Below, in pieces: positions 37,701 through 52,700 of a stretch of 64,000 nucleotides of DNA. Position 1 is the first letter of the stretch. Every line of letters begins with the position of its first letter. Source of the DNA: Verrucomicrobiaceae bacterium UBA7681 (GTDB lineage: Bacteria > Verrucomicrobiota > Verrucomicrobiia > Verrucomicrobiales > Verrucomicrobiaceae); NCBI GenBank assembly GCA_002482965.1, contig DLGZ01000025.1, positions 16,777 to 80,776 on the forward strand, in the 5' to 3' direction. Both the position numbers and the translations under genes were made by a program. The notes below the pieces were generated by a model. That model did not search any database and was not told the origin of the DNA. It saw nothing but the letters and a program-made list of their open reading frames with translations.

Positions 37701-40700
37701 GCCGGTGTAGGAGTTGGCACCCGAGAGCGTCAGAGTACCATTGCCAGTCAGTGTGAGGCCGAGTTTCCCACTGGATCCGTCCTGCAGGACACCGGCGAAG
37801 ACACTGGAGGCGTCTCCGCTCGGCGGACCTCCAACCGTCTGGAGATTCAGCGTGAGGGTGGCGGCTGAAGCGCCGCCGTTTTCCACGACTGCAGAGCCCG
37901 GTGTGGCATTGGTGTTCAGACCTGCCAGGGTGATGCTGTTGGAGTTGAGCTGAAGTTTGGTGCCTGCGGCGACATTTGCGCCAAACAGCAGGCCGTTGGT
38001 TGTTCCCAGTGCGCCCGCTGATCCGAGCTGAATGACACCACCATTGAGAATGACGCCACCATTGAAGGAGTTCGTGTTGTTGATGATCAGAGTGCCAGTG
38101 CCGAACTTGTTCAGGTTCGCCGTGCCTGCAATGCCATTGCTGCCGGTGAGGGTGTAGGTGAGGGAGCTGTTGTTAAAGGTGACCGAGGAAGGGCTCACAT
38201 TTCCCTCTGAGATGTCCACTGTTGTGCTGCCAATGGCGGAATCGTCGAAGAGCACCACGTCACCTTCAAGGTAAGAGGTGGATGTGCCGGCACTGATGAG
38301 CTTCCAATTGAGCAGCGCCGCGTCAATGGGAGCCCAGCGTGAGCTGACCAGCCCTGACGTAACATCAAAACCCGTCCATTTTGGATTGTCCGCGGTGAGG
38401 GTCAGAGTAATGGCGCTGCCGGTGTCACTGAGGAGGCCCGAGGTGCGGGAGTTGGTGCCGGCAATGGTGCCAAGGGTGAAGCCACTAAAACCTGCCGTCC
38501 CAAGAATGGAGCCCCCGGTGTAAGTGAGCAGTGTGTAGGGTGTGGAGTTGGCATAGCCCGAGGGTGAATTGGCGATGACATTGATGGTGATCGAACCTGC
38601 CACAGAGCCGACTGTGAGCGCGCCTACATTGAGAACGTTCGAAGCCGTCTCGGCAATCTGACCGACATTGATGGTGCCACCGCCCAGGAAAGTCAGCCCT
38701 CCGCTCATGGTGAGCGAGCCGTCACCGGCCACATCTCCCGCCAGAATGGTACCGCCGGAAGATACCGTAGTCAGGGCGGAGACGGAGCCGCTGCCACCCA
38801 GGGTGCTGCCACCTCCGACTGTAATGCCTGAAGTAGCCAGCGTGCTGTTCACAAACAGCGCTCCACCACTGACGGTGGTCGCCCCGGTGTAGGTCTGTGC
38901 ATTGGTGAGAGACATGCTTCCTGAGCCCGTCTTGGTCAGACCGCCCGAAGTGCCGGAAATGACGCCATCAAAAACCGTCGTGCCATTGTTGCCGCCGGTC
39001 GTCAGCACACCTGCACCCAAGGAAACATTGCCGCCTGTGGTTCCGCCACCGGCGAGGGAACCGATGACCTGATTGTTGCCATTGAGGTCGAGGGAGACGC
39101 CGCTGGTGTTATCGAGGGTGAAGGCGGAGGCGCTGGAAAACACATTGGCTGCTCCGGCGAGCAGTCTGCCACCACTGATCTGGGTGGTGCCGGAGTAGGT
39201 GCTGGAGCCGGTCAGGGAGAGTGTGCCAGCGGCTGTTTTGAGAATTCCGCCGCCGCTGCTGCTGTCACTCACAGCACCAGAAAGCACGGCATCCGTGTCT
39301 GCCGAACCATCGTCCACCTGGACCGTGCGGACGGCACCATTGGTGTCGATCCCATTTTGGAAGGTGACGGTGTTGTCTGAAGTCGTGCTCGACAGCACCA
39401 AGGCGCTGCCGGTGGGAACAAAGCTGCCGCTGTTCCAGACCACCGTGGCGGCAGCACCGCCAAGGTTCACATTGCGCGCTGCACCAAAGGCACTGAAACC
39501 ACTGCTGGCGGTAAACTGCACCTGGTTGTTGCCGGCTCCTAGAGCACGCGTGAAATCACTGCTGGCAAGTTCAACGACACCACCGCTGAGATTGAGATTA
39601 CTGTTCGAAGACAGCGCGCCTGAGCTCGCCAGGCGCAACACACCCGCCATGACGGCGACCTGAGTACCGCTGACAGCCGAATTCGAACCTAACAAAACCA
39701 GCCCCCCGGTGCCGGCTTTGGTCAGAGTTCCGGCATTGAGCGCCACGGCTCCGTTCACGCTGACGAGTTTCCCTGCGTCCGTGGTGATGGTGGCTCCGCC
39801 GCTGCCAATGGTGACTCCACGATTGGCGTTGAAAGCCATGTCTGCGGTGAGATGGAAAATGGCATTATTGCTGATCTGCAACTGATCGGCCACCGCTGTG
39901 GCAGGGGGGGATCCGAGATTCAAATTCGTGCTGATCTGCAGCTCACCTCCCAGCAGGATCGTCTTGCCCGTCCATGGGGTGTTGATGCCGCCCAGCACCA
40001 CGGTGCCGGCACCGTTGAGGGTGAGATCGCCGGTGCCTGAAAGGGTGTTTGGCAGCGTCAACGTGGTGCCGAGAGCTGGTGTCAGGGTACCGCCATAGCC
40101 CTGAATGGTGACACCCCGGTTGGCGTCGTTCAAGGACAGGGTGGCAGTGGTAACCAGCTGACCGCCATTGAAAGTGAGCTGATCTGCCGTGGCGCTGGCG
40201 GGATTGCCACCCAGTGCGCCCTGGGCCGAGATGGAAAGGATGCCGAGATTCAGGACGGTCTTGCCGGTGTAGGTGTTCGCACCACCGAGCATCACCACCG
40301 TGCCCGCCCCTTCCTTGGTGAAGCGGCCTGTGCCAGCGATGATGTTGGCGGCGGCAATGGTGAAGGTCTTGGAGCTGGCGACTTCAAAAATACCGCCCCC
40401 AGTAGCCAAGGTGATGCCCACATTGTTGCGTGCGGCATCCAAGGTGACATTTTCAGTCATCACCAATCGCCCGCCATTCAAGGTCCACTGATCTGCGGTG
40501 AAGTTGGCGGGGTTGTTACCAAGGTTGAGCTCGGAGGAGATGCTGATGCCGCCAAAATAAATTCCTGATGTGAGGTATTGCTGGCCGATGATGGTCGTCT
40601 TGCCGGTGTAGGTGTTGATGCCGGTCAACGTGAAGATATTGCCGCCGATCATGGTGAGGCCCAGCGTGCCCGTGCCGTCCTGCAGCGAACCGTCGAACTG

Positions 40701-43700
40701 CGTGGAAGCACCCAGCGTCATGGATGAATTGCCCACGGTCAAAACAGCGCCCGAGGCGCTGGAGTTGGTGATCACGCTCGAAGAAGAACCGCCGAGACCA
40801 TCAATGGTTTCACTGTGTCCGGCGAGATCCAGCATGCCGCTGCCATTGAGCTGCACGCTTGAGGCATTGAGAATCTGGTCGCCGTTCGCTGTGTCGCCTC
40901 CGAGCTGTGCCAACGCGCCGTCCTCAACTGTAAGCCCGATGTTGGACAGCACGATGGTCGAACTGATGCCAAGCGCATTCACATTGCCGCCCGACTTGTT
41001 GAGGATCAGCGTTCCTTGAGCGACATTCACATAGAGAACGTTGTTGGAGCTGCCGCCAAGAACGAGGGTGCCGGCACCGGTCTTGGTCAACAGTTCATAG
41101 GTCGGACTCAGAAGTGTACTGGTGACGGTGCCGGAGAGGGTGAGCGTGGCACCGCTGTCCACATCGATCGAAGTATGGCGTGCGACGTTGACGCTGCCAT
41201 TGGTGAGGGTTCCAGCATTGGAGATGTCACCTGAGCCCGTATAATGCAGCACGGCACCGTTTAAATTGATGGCACTGCCACCCGCACCCATCTGACTCAC
41301 CGAGTTGAAGGTGACCTTGCCTTCATTGAGGAACAAACTGCCGGAGAAGGTGTTGGAGCCAGTGAGCACCAGCTCTCCTGCGCCGCTTTTGGTCAACGCG
41401 ACGGCATTGGCCCCGTTGTCCACGATATTGGCACCGATGGTGAGAGCGCCAGCGGTGTTGGCCTGATACACGACCAGGTCGGCATTGGCTGCCGCACCAG
41501 AGGCGGTGCTGAGCGAGCCACCTGTGATCGTTGAGCCATTGCCGCCCACGGCTGCAGTCACCAGAATCCCACCGACATTCAGGGTGTTGCCGCCCAGATT
41601 GAGTGTGCGTGATTCGGCAAGGTTGAAGCGCAGGCTGTCAGCCGCCGCATTGGCGACCAGCGTGGTGTTCACTCCGGTGTCGACGGTGGCATTGCCGGAA
41701 AGGGTGGAGCTCGTGGTGAGAGTGTAGTTCGAAAGCGCGACGATGGTGCCGCCAGAAACTCCGGCCCAGCCTGTGATGGCTCCGCCCTGCGTGCCTGTCA
41801 CCATGAAGGCAGATTTCGTTGCGGCAGCATCCACCAGCAAGGAATTCTGCGCCACGAGCCCGGCGGTGACGGCGACCGATGCGGGGCCCGCGGTTGGCAG
41901 TGTCAGAGCGACCGTGCCCCCGGCCGCACGCGTAGCCATGGAGGTGAAGGAAGTGGTCAATGTCCCGCCGTTGGAATTCAACGTGATGGCACTGGCTCCC
42001 TGAGTCACCGTGAGAGCACCAAAGGCCTGACTGTTCGCTGTCGAGCTCTTGCCGGTGAGCAGCAGTGTGCCACCCGACAACGTCAAAGGTGCTGCGGTCG
42101 CCGATGAATTGGCGAGACGGATCATGTTGGAGGCCACCGCTGAAGTGGTGAAATTGGCGCTCAAGGTACCCTGAGCAATCGTGATGCCCGCCGTGCCCCA
42201 GGTGGAAGCCCCCGAGTTTGGATTTAATCCCACACCTATGTCGAAGGTTCCGAGCCCGGTCTTGGTGTAGAGCTGTCCGGTGCGGGCGGAGGTCTGAACG
42301 ATGCCAGAGGTGAGCGTGAAGGTTTGTGTCGCCATCGGAACATCGACCACCTGGGCGAAGGAGTTGCCGTTGGCGACAAACGTAATGTTGCTTGAGGTGG
42401 TGACATTCCCCGCCGTGGGGAGAATGCCAAAGACAGCGCCGTTGCTGTTATAGCTCACACCACGAGCGGTGGCGGTGTCGCCGAGGTCCGAGGCCTGCCC
42501 GATGAGGAAGGTGGCTGCACTATTAAGGAAGATGTTGCTGGTGGTGTAGTTGCTTGCAGTCCCCGAGAGGTTGTTGAAGACGATCAACGAACTGCCACCG
42601 TTGAAGTAGAAGTTCGGGCTGGATCCGGTGCTGGTGATCTGACCCGTGAACATCAGACCGGTCGTGCGCTGATTGAACTGAAGGTTGTTGGTAATTGTGG
42701 TCGGTCCTTGGATCGTCACCGTTCCGCTGTAGGTCATGCGACCTGCCGATGGCACGCCATCGCTCGCAGTGTCCCCGCCGAGGAAGAAGTTGTTGCCTGA
42801 GGCACCACCGGCATCATTGAGGACAATGTTGTTGGCCAGTGTATGATCGCCATACGCCGCTCCCAGACCGGGATAACCCGCCTGGTTGGCGGCAGTGATG
42901 GTGTTGGTCAGCGTGATGGTGCCCGTGCCGAGGGCTTTGTCGTTCGCAATCCAGACAAAGGCGGCACCTGAAATGGAGTTGGTGCCGACCAGAGGAACGC
43001 TCTGGATGTTCACCGCGCCACCGATGTCATTGGCCCCACCCAGAAGGAGGATGCCCGTGCCGACATTCAAGGTGCTGCTGGCGCCTGTGAGTGCATTGGT
43101 GCGTGACAGCATCAGCCTGTTCTGACCGGCCGCAGAGGCGACAAGGTTTCCGGACACACCGTTGATGAGATAGGTGCCTGAGGTGCCGGGAGTGAACAGC
43201 CCGGTGTAGGCCACATTGCCAAACGCACCGAAGCGGGCGTTGGTGAAGCCTGCCGCATTGAAGTTGATGCTCTCGCTCGAGCTGGTGTCGAGCATCAGTT
43301 CGCCGTTGGTGCTGCTGTTGATGTGCGAATAGAGGGTATTGAAGTTGGTGGCACCCTGAAGCACCACGCCCCCCACGGCACCAGCAGTCAGGGAGATGGT
43401 CGAGCTCAATGTCAGCGTGGCAGGCAATGCGGCAGCGTTGGAAAACAACACGGTGCCATTGGCGATGTTGAGGGTGCCGAGGAAGCCGGAGTTGTCACCG
43501 TTCAGCCACAGCACGCCGGTGCCTGTCTTGGTGAATCCGCCGGTGACGGTGCTGATCAAATTGCCACTGAGCTGGGCATCATAGCCAGCATTGCTGGCGG
43601 CGATGCTTGCGGTGTTAAAGCCGTACGAGCTGTTTCCAACTTCAATGGTGCGAGTCGTCAGGGCACCAAAATCAATCCCGTTCTGGAAGTTTACGGAACC

Positions 43701-46700
43701 GAGCGAGGGGTTGTTGAGGGCATTCTGATTGAGGCCCAGGATGGACCCACTGGGAACAAAGCCGCCGGCCCCCCAGGTTACCATGTCACCTGCTCCACCC
43801 AAGTTCACCGTGACACTCGTGGCAGTGGCCGTGCCAGCGCCAGCGCTGAACCCGCCATTGCCAAGCCATTGCACCTGGCCGGGGCCTGTGCCGAGAGAGC
43901 GTGTGAAGGTGGTGCCGTAGGTCGCAGTCAATTCGAGCTCTGCCAGATTGAAACCGGTGCCGCTGAAAGTGAGACTGCTCATTCCAGGCAATGCCGAGAC
44001 ATTGTTGAGGATGAGATACCCCCCTTGGATCGTGGTGGAGCCGGAATACGAGTTGGCACCCGACAACTGGAAGCCCGACGTCGTCGTGCCGCCGTTCACG
44101 ATCAAAAAGGTAGGGCCGCCACCGTCTCCCAAAGCGGCGACGAGGGTGGCGATTCGATCCGTGTCCGTTCCTTGAAGGGTGAGGGTGCGGCTGCCAGAAC
44201 CCAGAAAGGCGATTGCTGTCGTGTTATTCCAACCGCCATTGCCAGAACCAGTGCCCGTGGTGCTGTTGTAGGACAGCGTGCCGCCTGAAAGGCCAAGAGT
44301 GATTGCCTGGGTGATGCTGCCCGAAAGCGTGGTGCTGCCTGAAAACAACGTGCCCCCATTGAGGGTGATGCCGCTGGTGCTGCCCAGACGGTCAGGTGCG
44401 AGCGCCTGCAGCACACCCCCGTTGATCACAGTCTGCCCGGTGTAGTTGTTGAGATTGCTGGTGGTGGCGTTGGTCAGATTGAGCGTGCCGCCACCGGACT
44501 TGGTGATGCCAAAGCCGTTGGTGCTTCCAGCAATGCCGCCCACGCCGGCGCTGATCGTCAAGGTACCGCCCGCGTTGACATAAACGAGCAGTTCACCGCC
44601 GGAAGCCGTGCCCGTGCTGACCATGCCCAGCCCCGTGGCAAGCGCAGCCGTGCCGCTGATGGTACCGGTACCGCTGCTCAGGGCATAGAGAATGCCACCC
44701 GTGACGCTGCTGAGGGTCAAGCTGTTCGTTCCTGCCAGAGCCAGCGTGGAGGTGGCTGACATGCGGAGCGAGTTTGCCGTAACGCTGGCCCCGCCGGCGG
44801 CGGTCAGCGTCACGCTGGCCCCCATGGTGAAGTTCGTGGTTGTCTGCGTGCCGCCACCTGACGTCGTCAGCGTTGTGTACGAGGCATAGGGGGCCACCAG
44901 ATTGCCGCTATTGATCGCCCAGTCTGTCAAAGTGGCGCTGGTGTTGTAAGTGGCCCAGCCGCCGAGGATGCCTGCGGCGTTGTTGGAGTTGCCGGCAATG
45001 TTGATGGAGGTGCTGGCGGGCAGCAGGCTGAAGTTGATTGCCGCCCCGGCACTGCGGGAGATGGTGCCAAGCGTGAGGCCCACAGAGCTGGCGGAGCCCT
45101 TGGTCAGCGTGACAACGGAGTTCCCCGCCTGCAAGCTGGTGCTTGCAAACGCCTGCGTCACCGCGCTGGTGTTGGTCCCGCCGTTCACCGTCAGCGTACC
45201 ACCTTGCATCTGGAGGATTGAACTGCTGCTGATGAGGTTGCTCGTCGCGCCACCGCTGACGAAATTCAGAGCCAGGGTACCCGCGCCGACCGTCGTGGCT
45301 CCCGTGAAGGTCTCACTGTCGGTGGTCGGCGTGAGGTTCAACGTGCCTGCACCCACCTTCGACAGCCCGGCAGTGCTGCTGCTGCCAAAAGCTGTGGTGT
45401 AATTGATGGTGAGACCGCTGGCAATGTCCAGGATGAGCGTGCCGCCGGAGGTGAGCGTGAGCAAGGAGCTGTAGTCCGTCGTGGCAGCAGCCGGGGCATA
45501 GAGAAGACTGCCACCTGATGAACCGATAACAAGGGCACCCGGCAGTGCGTAACTGCCAAGCAGCCCGAGCAGGCCGCCATTGATGGTCGTGGTGCCGGAG
45601 AAGTTTGTGGACGTCGGGCCAGCCCCGAGGATCAAAGCACCACCGGTGATACTGATGCCGCCGGTGAAATTTTTGTCGCCCAGAAGGTACACAGTGCCAG
45701 GTCCCACCGCATTGAAAGTTTTGGCGCCGCCGGATTCGCCCACGGCACCTGTGATAACCAGGGAGGTATTGGCCGCAGCGCCGAAATTGACCGCGCCTGA
45801 GCTCTTGGCGAGCGTGATCGGAGCGGCAATAGTGCCCATGCCGCCGACAGGCATGCCAAAGCCAAGGAGATTGGGAACCGCAACGGTGGCCGTGCTCACG
45901 GTGGTGATGTTGGTCGCGCCGCTGCTGCCATCACGGATCACAAAGGCATTATCCACGACGACACCATTGGCACCGATCGCAAGGGTGGCGGCGTTGCTGC
46001 CGCTGGTATCGCCCACATTCACCGTGCCGGCGGCATTGGCACCCGTGGCGGTGTAAACGACCGAACCGTTCAACACGTTGACCGTTCCAGTGTTGGCGCC
46101 AGCAGCTCCAAGCACAAGATAGGAACCCCCGGTGACATTGATGGTGCCGGTGAAGCTCGTTGACGCAGCATTGATGCCGAGCGCACCGCCACCAGTCGTG
46201 GTGATCGTACGCGCCGTACCACCGTCATCCAACCCACCGAGGTTCAGCGTGGCAATACCTGAACCGTTGACGTTGGTGAGGTTGAAGATGACATCGCTCG
46301 TGAGCGTCGTCGAGGTGAAGGTCAGATTGGCCACACCGGGGGCGGTGTTGAGATTTCCATTCGCAAAGGTGACTGTACCGCCGCCTACAGTCAGATCGCC
46401 CATCGTCAGGGTGATATTGGTGGCGGCAGCCGTGGTCCGCCCCGACTTCAAAGTGACGTCACCGGCAATGGTGACATCGTTGCCAAAAATCCCGCCGGTG
46501 TTGAGACGCAAATCGAGCGTCGTCCCGTCGTTCAGTGTGATCGAGGCTTTGTTGGTGCCTCCAAGCGCCGCCGCATTTGCCTGCAACTGCAGGGTGGCCG
46601 TGCCGCCCACATTGATGGATGAACCGGACTGCACTCCTGTTGTCAGGGTGCTGCTGCCGTAAGCAGCGGTCAGAACATCATAGTTGCCGCCAAGCAACAA

Positions 46701-49700
46701 GGTTCCCGCGCCTGTCAGATTTAAAGTACCGTTGAGGGTGAACTGTCCGGCGTCATCAAACTGGAAGGTCGCTCCACTGGCAACGCTCACTGTGGTCGAA
46801 CTGCTGCTATTCTGACCAAAGCTGTAGAACACCGAATTGGCCGATGTGAAGGCCACTGGGTTCTGCGATGCAGTGGCCACGTAGGTGCTGCCGCTCTGAA
46901 TGAAAACCTGCTTGGGCTTCTGGTTCAGCGCCGCCGTGCCGAGATTGAGCGTGGTGACGATGGTGTTGACTGACAGCGTCGAATTTCCGGCCACGATGAC
47001 GTCACCGGTGAAAGTGTTGCTGGCAGACAAAACCACCGTGCCGCCTCCCGTGATGGTGAGAGAATTATTCCCCACCACACCCGATGCCGCACCGCCGCTG
47101 ATCACGCCCGAAAGGGTCAGGATGGTACCGGAACCGACGCTGATGGTGTCACCCGTAGCACTGCCGGCCTGAGTGCCAAGGGCGATGGCCCGCGCGATGG
47201 TGGCTGTGGAGCCGGTGTACTGCAGGGTGCCCACGCTGGTGGAAGTGCCGATGGTGAGGGTGTTCAAGGAGCTGCCCAGTTGCGCATCCGCGCTGAACTG
47301 CAAGGTGCCCGCCTGCACATTGACGGTGGTGGCCGCGCCGCCGAAGAGATTGCCCGCGCTGCTCAAGATGAGGGTGCCTGCACCCGCCTTGCTGAGGCTG
47401 TTCCCTGCTGCGCCTGAAATAACGCCGCTGACAGTCAGCACCGTGTCTGCATCCGCCACGGTCCAGGTCTGGGCAGCACCCAGATTAACCGGAGCGGAGA
47501 TGCTGATGCTCGCGGGTGCACCAGTCAGAACGGTGATGCCTGTACTCGAACTGGACGGCGCAATGGTCAGAGTGTTGGCGGCGTTGGCTCCCGCTGCGAT
47601 GGAGATGCTGCCCACGGGGCCGCTGCCAAGCGCGCTGTTAAACTGGAGGTCGTTGAGGATGACGTTCATGCCGAGCGTCGTGGCAATCGAGGTACCGCTC
47701 TGGCCATTGGCGCTGAAGATGGCGGTGTTGGCAAAGCCCGGCATGGCCTGTGAGTTCACTGTACCCGTCACGTCAGTCCAGTTTGACTGAAAGCTGCCGT
47801 TGAGGGTGTTCCAGGAGTTGTCCACACCGCCCTTCCAATACAGGGTGGTTGCGGTAGCTGCTCCGAGGGTCACGCTGACAGCGGTGTCGGAGATGGATTG
47901 TGCGGTGGTCGCAAAACCGCCCACGGCGGAGATCTGGTAGGTGGCACCGCTGAGCCCGCTGGACGCGGAGAGCAGCGTGTAGGTGCCGGAGGCGATACCG
48001 CTGATCGCCGAAAGATTGATGAGCACGGTATTGGCCGTCGTGGCTGAATTGTTGGTGGTGAGAGTGCTTGCCGTGGCACCGAGGGTCAGGCCCAAGGTGG
48101 CTGTACCGGAACCAGAACCCAGATTCAATGTGGTCAGATTGGACAGAGCTGCCACGGAGCTGCTGATCATGTTGAGCGTACCGCCGCCAGCCACCGTCAC
48201 ACCGGTCATGGAGCCGGGGGTGGTCAGCGTTCCCAAAAGATTCAGCGTGCCAGCATTCACGGTGAGCGCTCCTTTGATGCCGACCGCGCCGGTGAAGCTT
48301 GCTGCTCCGGTGCCGGTCTTGGTCAGATTGAGGGCGCCGGCGCCACTGTTGGCGATGACGCCGGCGTAAAAAGTGCCGGTCGTGTCATTGTTGCCGATGG
48401 TCAGGGTGGTGCTCGAACTGCTGGTGTTGTCAATCGTTCCACCAGCAGCAGCGGCGGTGACCGCATTCAGGTTTATGTTGAAGCCGTTGAGATCAAAGGT
48501 GCCTGCATTGATGATCAGATTCCCCTTCCCGTCACCAAATGGCAGCGCATTGTTGACGCCTGCCTGCACGATTCCTGCAGCTGACAGGGTGGTGTTTCCT
48601 GCATAGGTGCTCTGGCCGCTGAGCAGCAACTGGCCGACGCCCGCGACGGTCACACCGCCAGCACCGGAGATCACGGAGGAGATGGCCAAGTCCACAGCAG
48701 CGTTGGTGCTGTTGCCCACGGTGATGGTGCGCGTGGCGGAACCAAGATCCAGAGTGCCGCCGATGATCTGTCCACCGAGTGGGTTGCCTGACGCTGAATA
48801 GGTGATGCCATTCAGTATGCTGAGAGTGCCACCATTGAGATTCACAACCGGAGTACTGGTCGCCGTGCTGCCACCCAGGGCCAGCACATTGTTCAGGCTC
48901 TGCACAGTGCCGCTGAGGTCCAGAGTCGCGGTGACACCGGCACCCGTGGCGGTCACCGTCCAGGTGCCTGCCGTCGAGAGCGCGCCGTTGACACCGGCGG
49001 TCAAGGTGCCGACTTGAATGATGTTCGCGCCCGTGGTGGTGTTGACACCGGCAAGCACCAGATTGCCAGCACCTGTCTTGGTGATGCCGCCGGCAGCACC
49101 AGTGATCGCCGAAGTGATCGTGAGATCGGCCGCCGCGTTGATGCTGTCAGCGATGGCAAAGGTGCGTGCCGCAGTCATCGTCAGAGTGCCGCCATTGATG
49201 AAGGCACCCAGGAATCCGTTCGCGGCCGTCGCGTTGACGGTTGCGGTGAGAGTGCCCGCGAGCGTGAGGTTGCCACCGGCACCGATGTTGATGATCGCCT
49301 GGCTGGTCGCCGTGGAAGTGGTGCCATACAAGGTGGGGCCGGCCAGTGTCTGAGAGTGACCATTGAGGTCCAGCATGGCGACGATAGGACCGGCTGCATT
49401 TCCAAGCGTGACAACCGTCGTGCTGGTGAGTGCATTGTCCACGCCCCACTGGATGGTGCCGTTGTTTACCGTGGTGGTGCCGGTGTAAAGGTTGGAGGCG
49501 TTTAAGGTCAGCGTACCGGTGCCGTTTTTGATAAAATTCAGGTTGGCGGCGGTGCCCGTGGCCTGCAACACACCGGAGTAAACGGTGCTCTGGTTGTTGC
49601 CACCCACGGTCAATGCCGCGGCTGTTCCGCCCGAGTTTTTGATATTGCCCGAACCCGCAATGCCACCCACCGTGAGCGTGAAATTGTTCATCTCCACCAG

Positions 49701-52700
49701 ACCGCTGGCACCTACGTTCAAGTTGCCGCCGGTGGAAGCATTGATGAACGTGGCCACACCGCCCTGCAGGGTGCCGGAGTTCACATAGGTGGCCCCCGTG
49801 TAGGTGGCTGCCGCGGTGATTGAGAGCGTGCCGGTGTTGTTCAAAGTGAGCCCGCCTGCGCCTGAGATGACTCCGTTAATCGTCAGGGTGGTGGCTGGCG
49901 CGATGTCGAGCATCGCATTGCCGCCGGTGAGCGAATATGTGTGCGTGCCGGTGCTAAAAGTGGCGGTGGTTTGAAGCGTCGCCCCATCGGTGAGATTGAT
50001 GGCGCTGGTGAGGGTGTTACCGAGCTGATTGTTGTTGCTGATGCTGAGAATCCCCGCATCAACAAATGTCGCGCCTGTGTAGGTGTTAACGCCGGAAAGG
50101 ACCAGCCTGCCAGTGCCCGCCTTGGTCAGCGTGGAAGCGCCGGTGCCGTCCGCAATGATGGCGCTGATGGTGAGGGTGCCCGCACCATACTGGTGAATGA
50201 TGAGGTCGGAGTTGGTGGCGACACCGCTTTTAAGCGAACCGGTGGTGCTGCTGATGAGGTAGCCGTTCGCCCCAGTATAGAGCAAGCCGCCAGTAGTGAT
50301 GGTGAGAACGTTGCCGGCGAGCGCCAGTGTGCCACCTGCCGCGACGTCTGTGATTTTCAGGGTGTTGACGGCCTCACTGGCGGTGATGCCTCCGACCAAC
50401 GTGCCCGTCTGCAAGTAGTTGATGGTCGAGGTGGAGCCCGAGGCCACCAGATTGGTGTAGCTGCCGAGACCGGTGGTCACGGAGCCCGCGCCGGAATTCG
50501 TGGCCCAGTTGAAGCCGCCCGCCGTGCCATCTGAAAAAACGATGCGGCCAGCACCCAGAAGGCCGGTGGCATCTGCTGCTGTCGCAAAAGTCACGGATGT
50601 GTTGGTTGGCGCGGTGATGAGCATCGCGCCACCTGCCGCAGTCGTGGTCAGTGCGCCGGTCACATTCAGCAAAGTGCTGCCGCCGCCACCGCCGTCCACC
50701 AAGGTGATCTGTCCGCCGCGAACACCGAGGGTGAACGCATTCAGCGTTTGCGTCACCGCAGCCCCGCTGCGGCCTGTCACATTGAGCGAGCCGCCTTGCA
50801 GAGTGAGGGTGGCAACCTGGTTCATGATGTTGCCGGTCACCGAACCGGCGGAATAGTCGAGCTTGATGGTGCCGGCGTTCAGTGTCCAAGCCCCCGTCGC
50901 CGTGCCTGCGGCAGAGGTGAGAGTCAGTGTGCCGCCGCCGGTTTTCGTCAGGGTCAAACTCGCCGGGGTGGTCGAATTGAAAACGCCACTGAAGGTCGTA
51001 TCGAAATTGCCGGCGAAATTGCCGAGAGTCAGGGCAACTGCAGTGGCATTTGTGTTGGTGACCACGCCCGAGCCGGTGAACTGGCCTACCGTGACCGCAA
51101 CAGCATTGAGGTCGAGCGTGCCGTTCACAGTCAAGGCCGTGGCCGCAGGAAGGAAGGCTGCAATGCCGCCTTTCAGCGTACCGCCGGAATTGATCGTCGT
51201 GGAACCCGCAAAGGTATTGGCGGCGCTGAGGGTCAAAGTGCCGGTGCCCGTTTTGACGAGAGAGCCAGTGCTGTAAATCAAACCGGCAAAGGTGGTGTCA
51301 GTGTTGTCGCTGCCCACCGTCAGGGTTGCCCCCCTGAGGCTGACAATACCGGCCGTGGCGCTACCACCTGAAAGTGAGCCAAGGGAATTGTCAAAACCAG
51401 CCAGGTCCAGAACTACCCCGGCAGTCGTGGCCAATGACACCGCCGAGTTCGGACCGAAGGCCGACGTCGTACCCGCGCGGAGAACCCCGCCATTCACCTT
51501 GGTGGCACCGGTGTAATTGTTCACACCATTGAAGGTCAGAACACCGTTTGACGATTTGGTGAGGCCGCCGCTGCCGGAGATCACGCTGTTGATCCGCAAA
51601 TCCGAGGTCACCGTGTAAATAATGGCCTCCTGCGCGCCGAACGCCAGATTGCTGACGGAAATGCCGGTGTATCCATTCCCTGCAAGCGACAGAATAGCAC
51701 CGCTGTTGAGTGTGAGTGTCCCGGAACCGGACACGCTGCCGCCTGAGTTAAGACGCAGTGAATTGATCTTCGTCCCGGCGCTGTCGAGCCCGGAAACGAG
51801 GCTGCTCAAGCTGACGTTGTCCAGAAAGGTCGCTGCATCAGCGATTGAGCCGGCATATTCCGCCGAGGTCAGATTGCGCAGGCCGCCGGCAAGCATGGAC
51901 CCGTTGATCTTGTCGGTCATGAACCCGTATTGGGCACTGCCACTTAGCGCCGTGTCCTGCCCGAGGACAAAGGAATTGATGCTGATCGAGGTCGAGCCGG
52001 CGAGGCCGGTGCCGCCAATCGCATCAGCCCCCGCACCATTGGCGGTCACAATGAGGTTGGTGTTGTTTGCCCCGGCGGCGGCACCGAGGTTGGCCCCGGT
52101 CAGGAGCAGCGTGGCACCCGCAGCGCGGGTGAGGCTGGAGACTGTGACGGAAGTAGCTCCCGTCGTATTCGCCGTCAGATTGATGATGCTGTTGCCCCCG
52201 GAGTTCAGCGCCAGAGTTCCAACCGCATCCGTGCTGGCGCCTGTGCCGCTGATGTAATTGAACGTACCGTTGGTAAGCGTCAGGTTCTGTGAGTTCAGGC
52301 GGTTCAGCTTGATGCCTCCAGCTGCCGTGGTGTTGTCCACCGTGAGTGTGGCACCAGGATTGATTGCGATTGAGGAATTGTTGATTGCGCCATCAGCCCC
52401 TGCGATTTTGAGAATGCCAGTGTTGACGTTGGTGTTACCGGAGTAGGTGTTGCTGCCTGCGAGAATCCAGGTGCCAGTGCCCGCCTTGGTCAGCGAGATG
52501 ACCGCACTGGTGCCATCACCGATGACGCCAGCGAATGTGTTGCTGCCGGTATTGGCCCCCTGCAGCGTGAAGGTCTTCGCGCCCGCGCCGCTGACCATCA
52601 GATCGGTGTTGACGGTGATGGTATTGGCAGCCGAGGCGTTTGAATTGTCAATCGTCGCCGTACCACCGGTGCCCATCAAATCGAACTGGCGGTTGTTCAA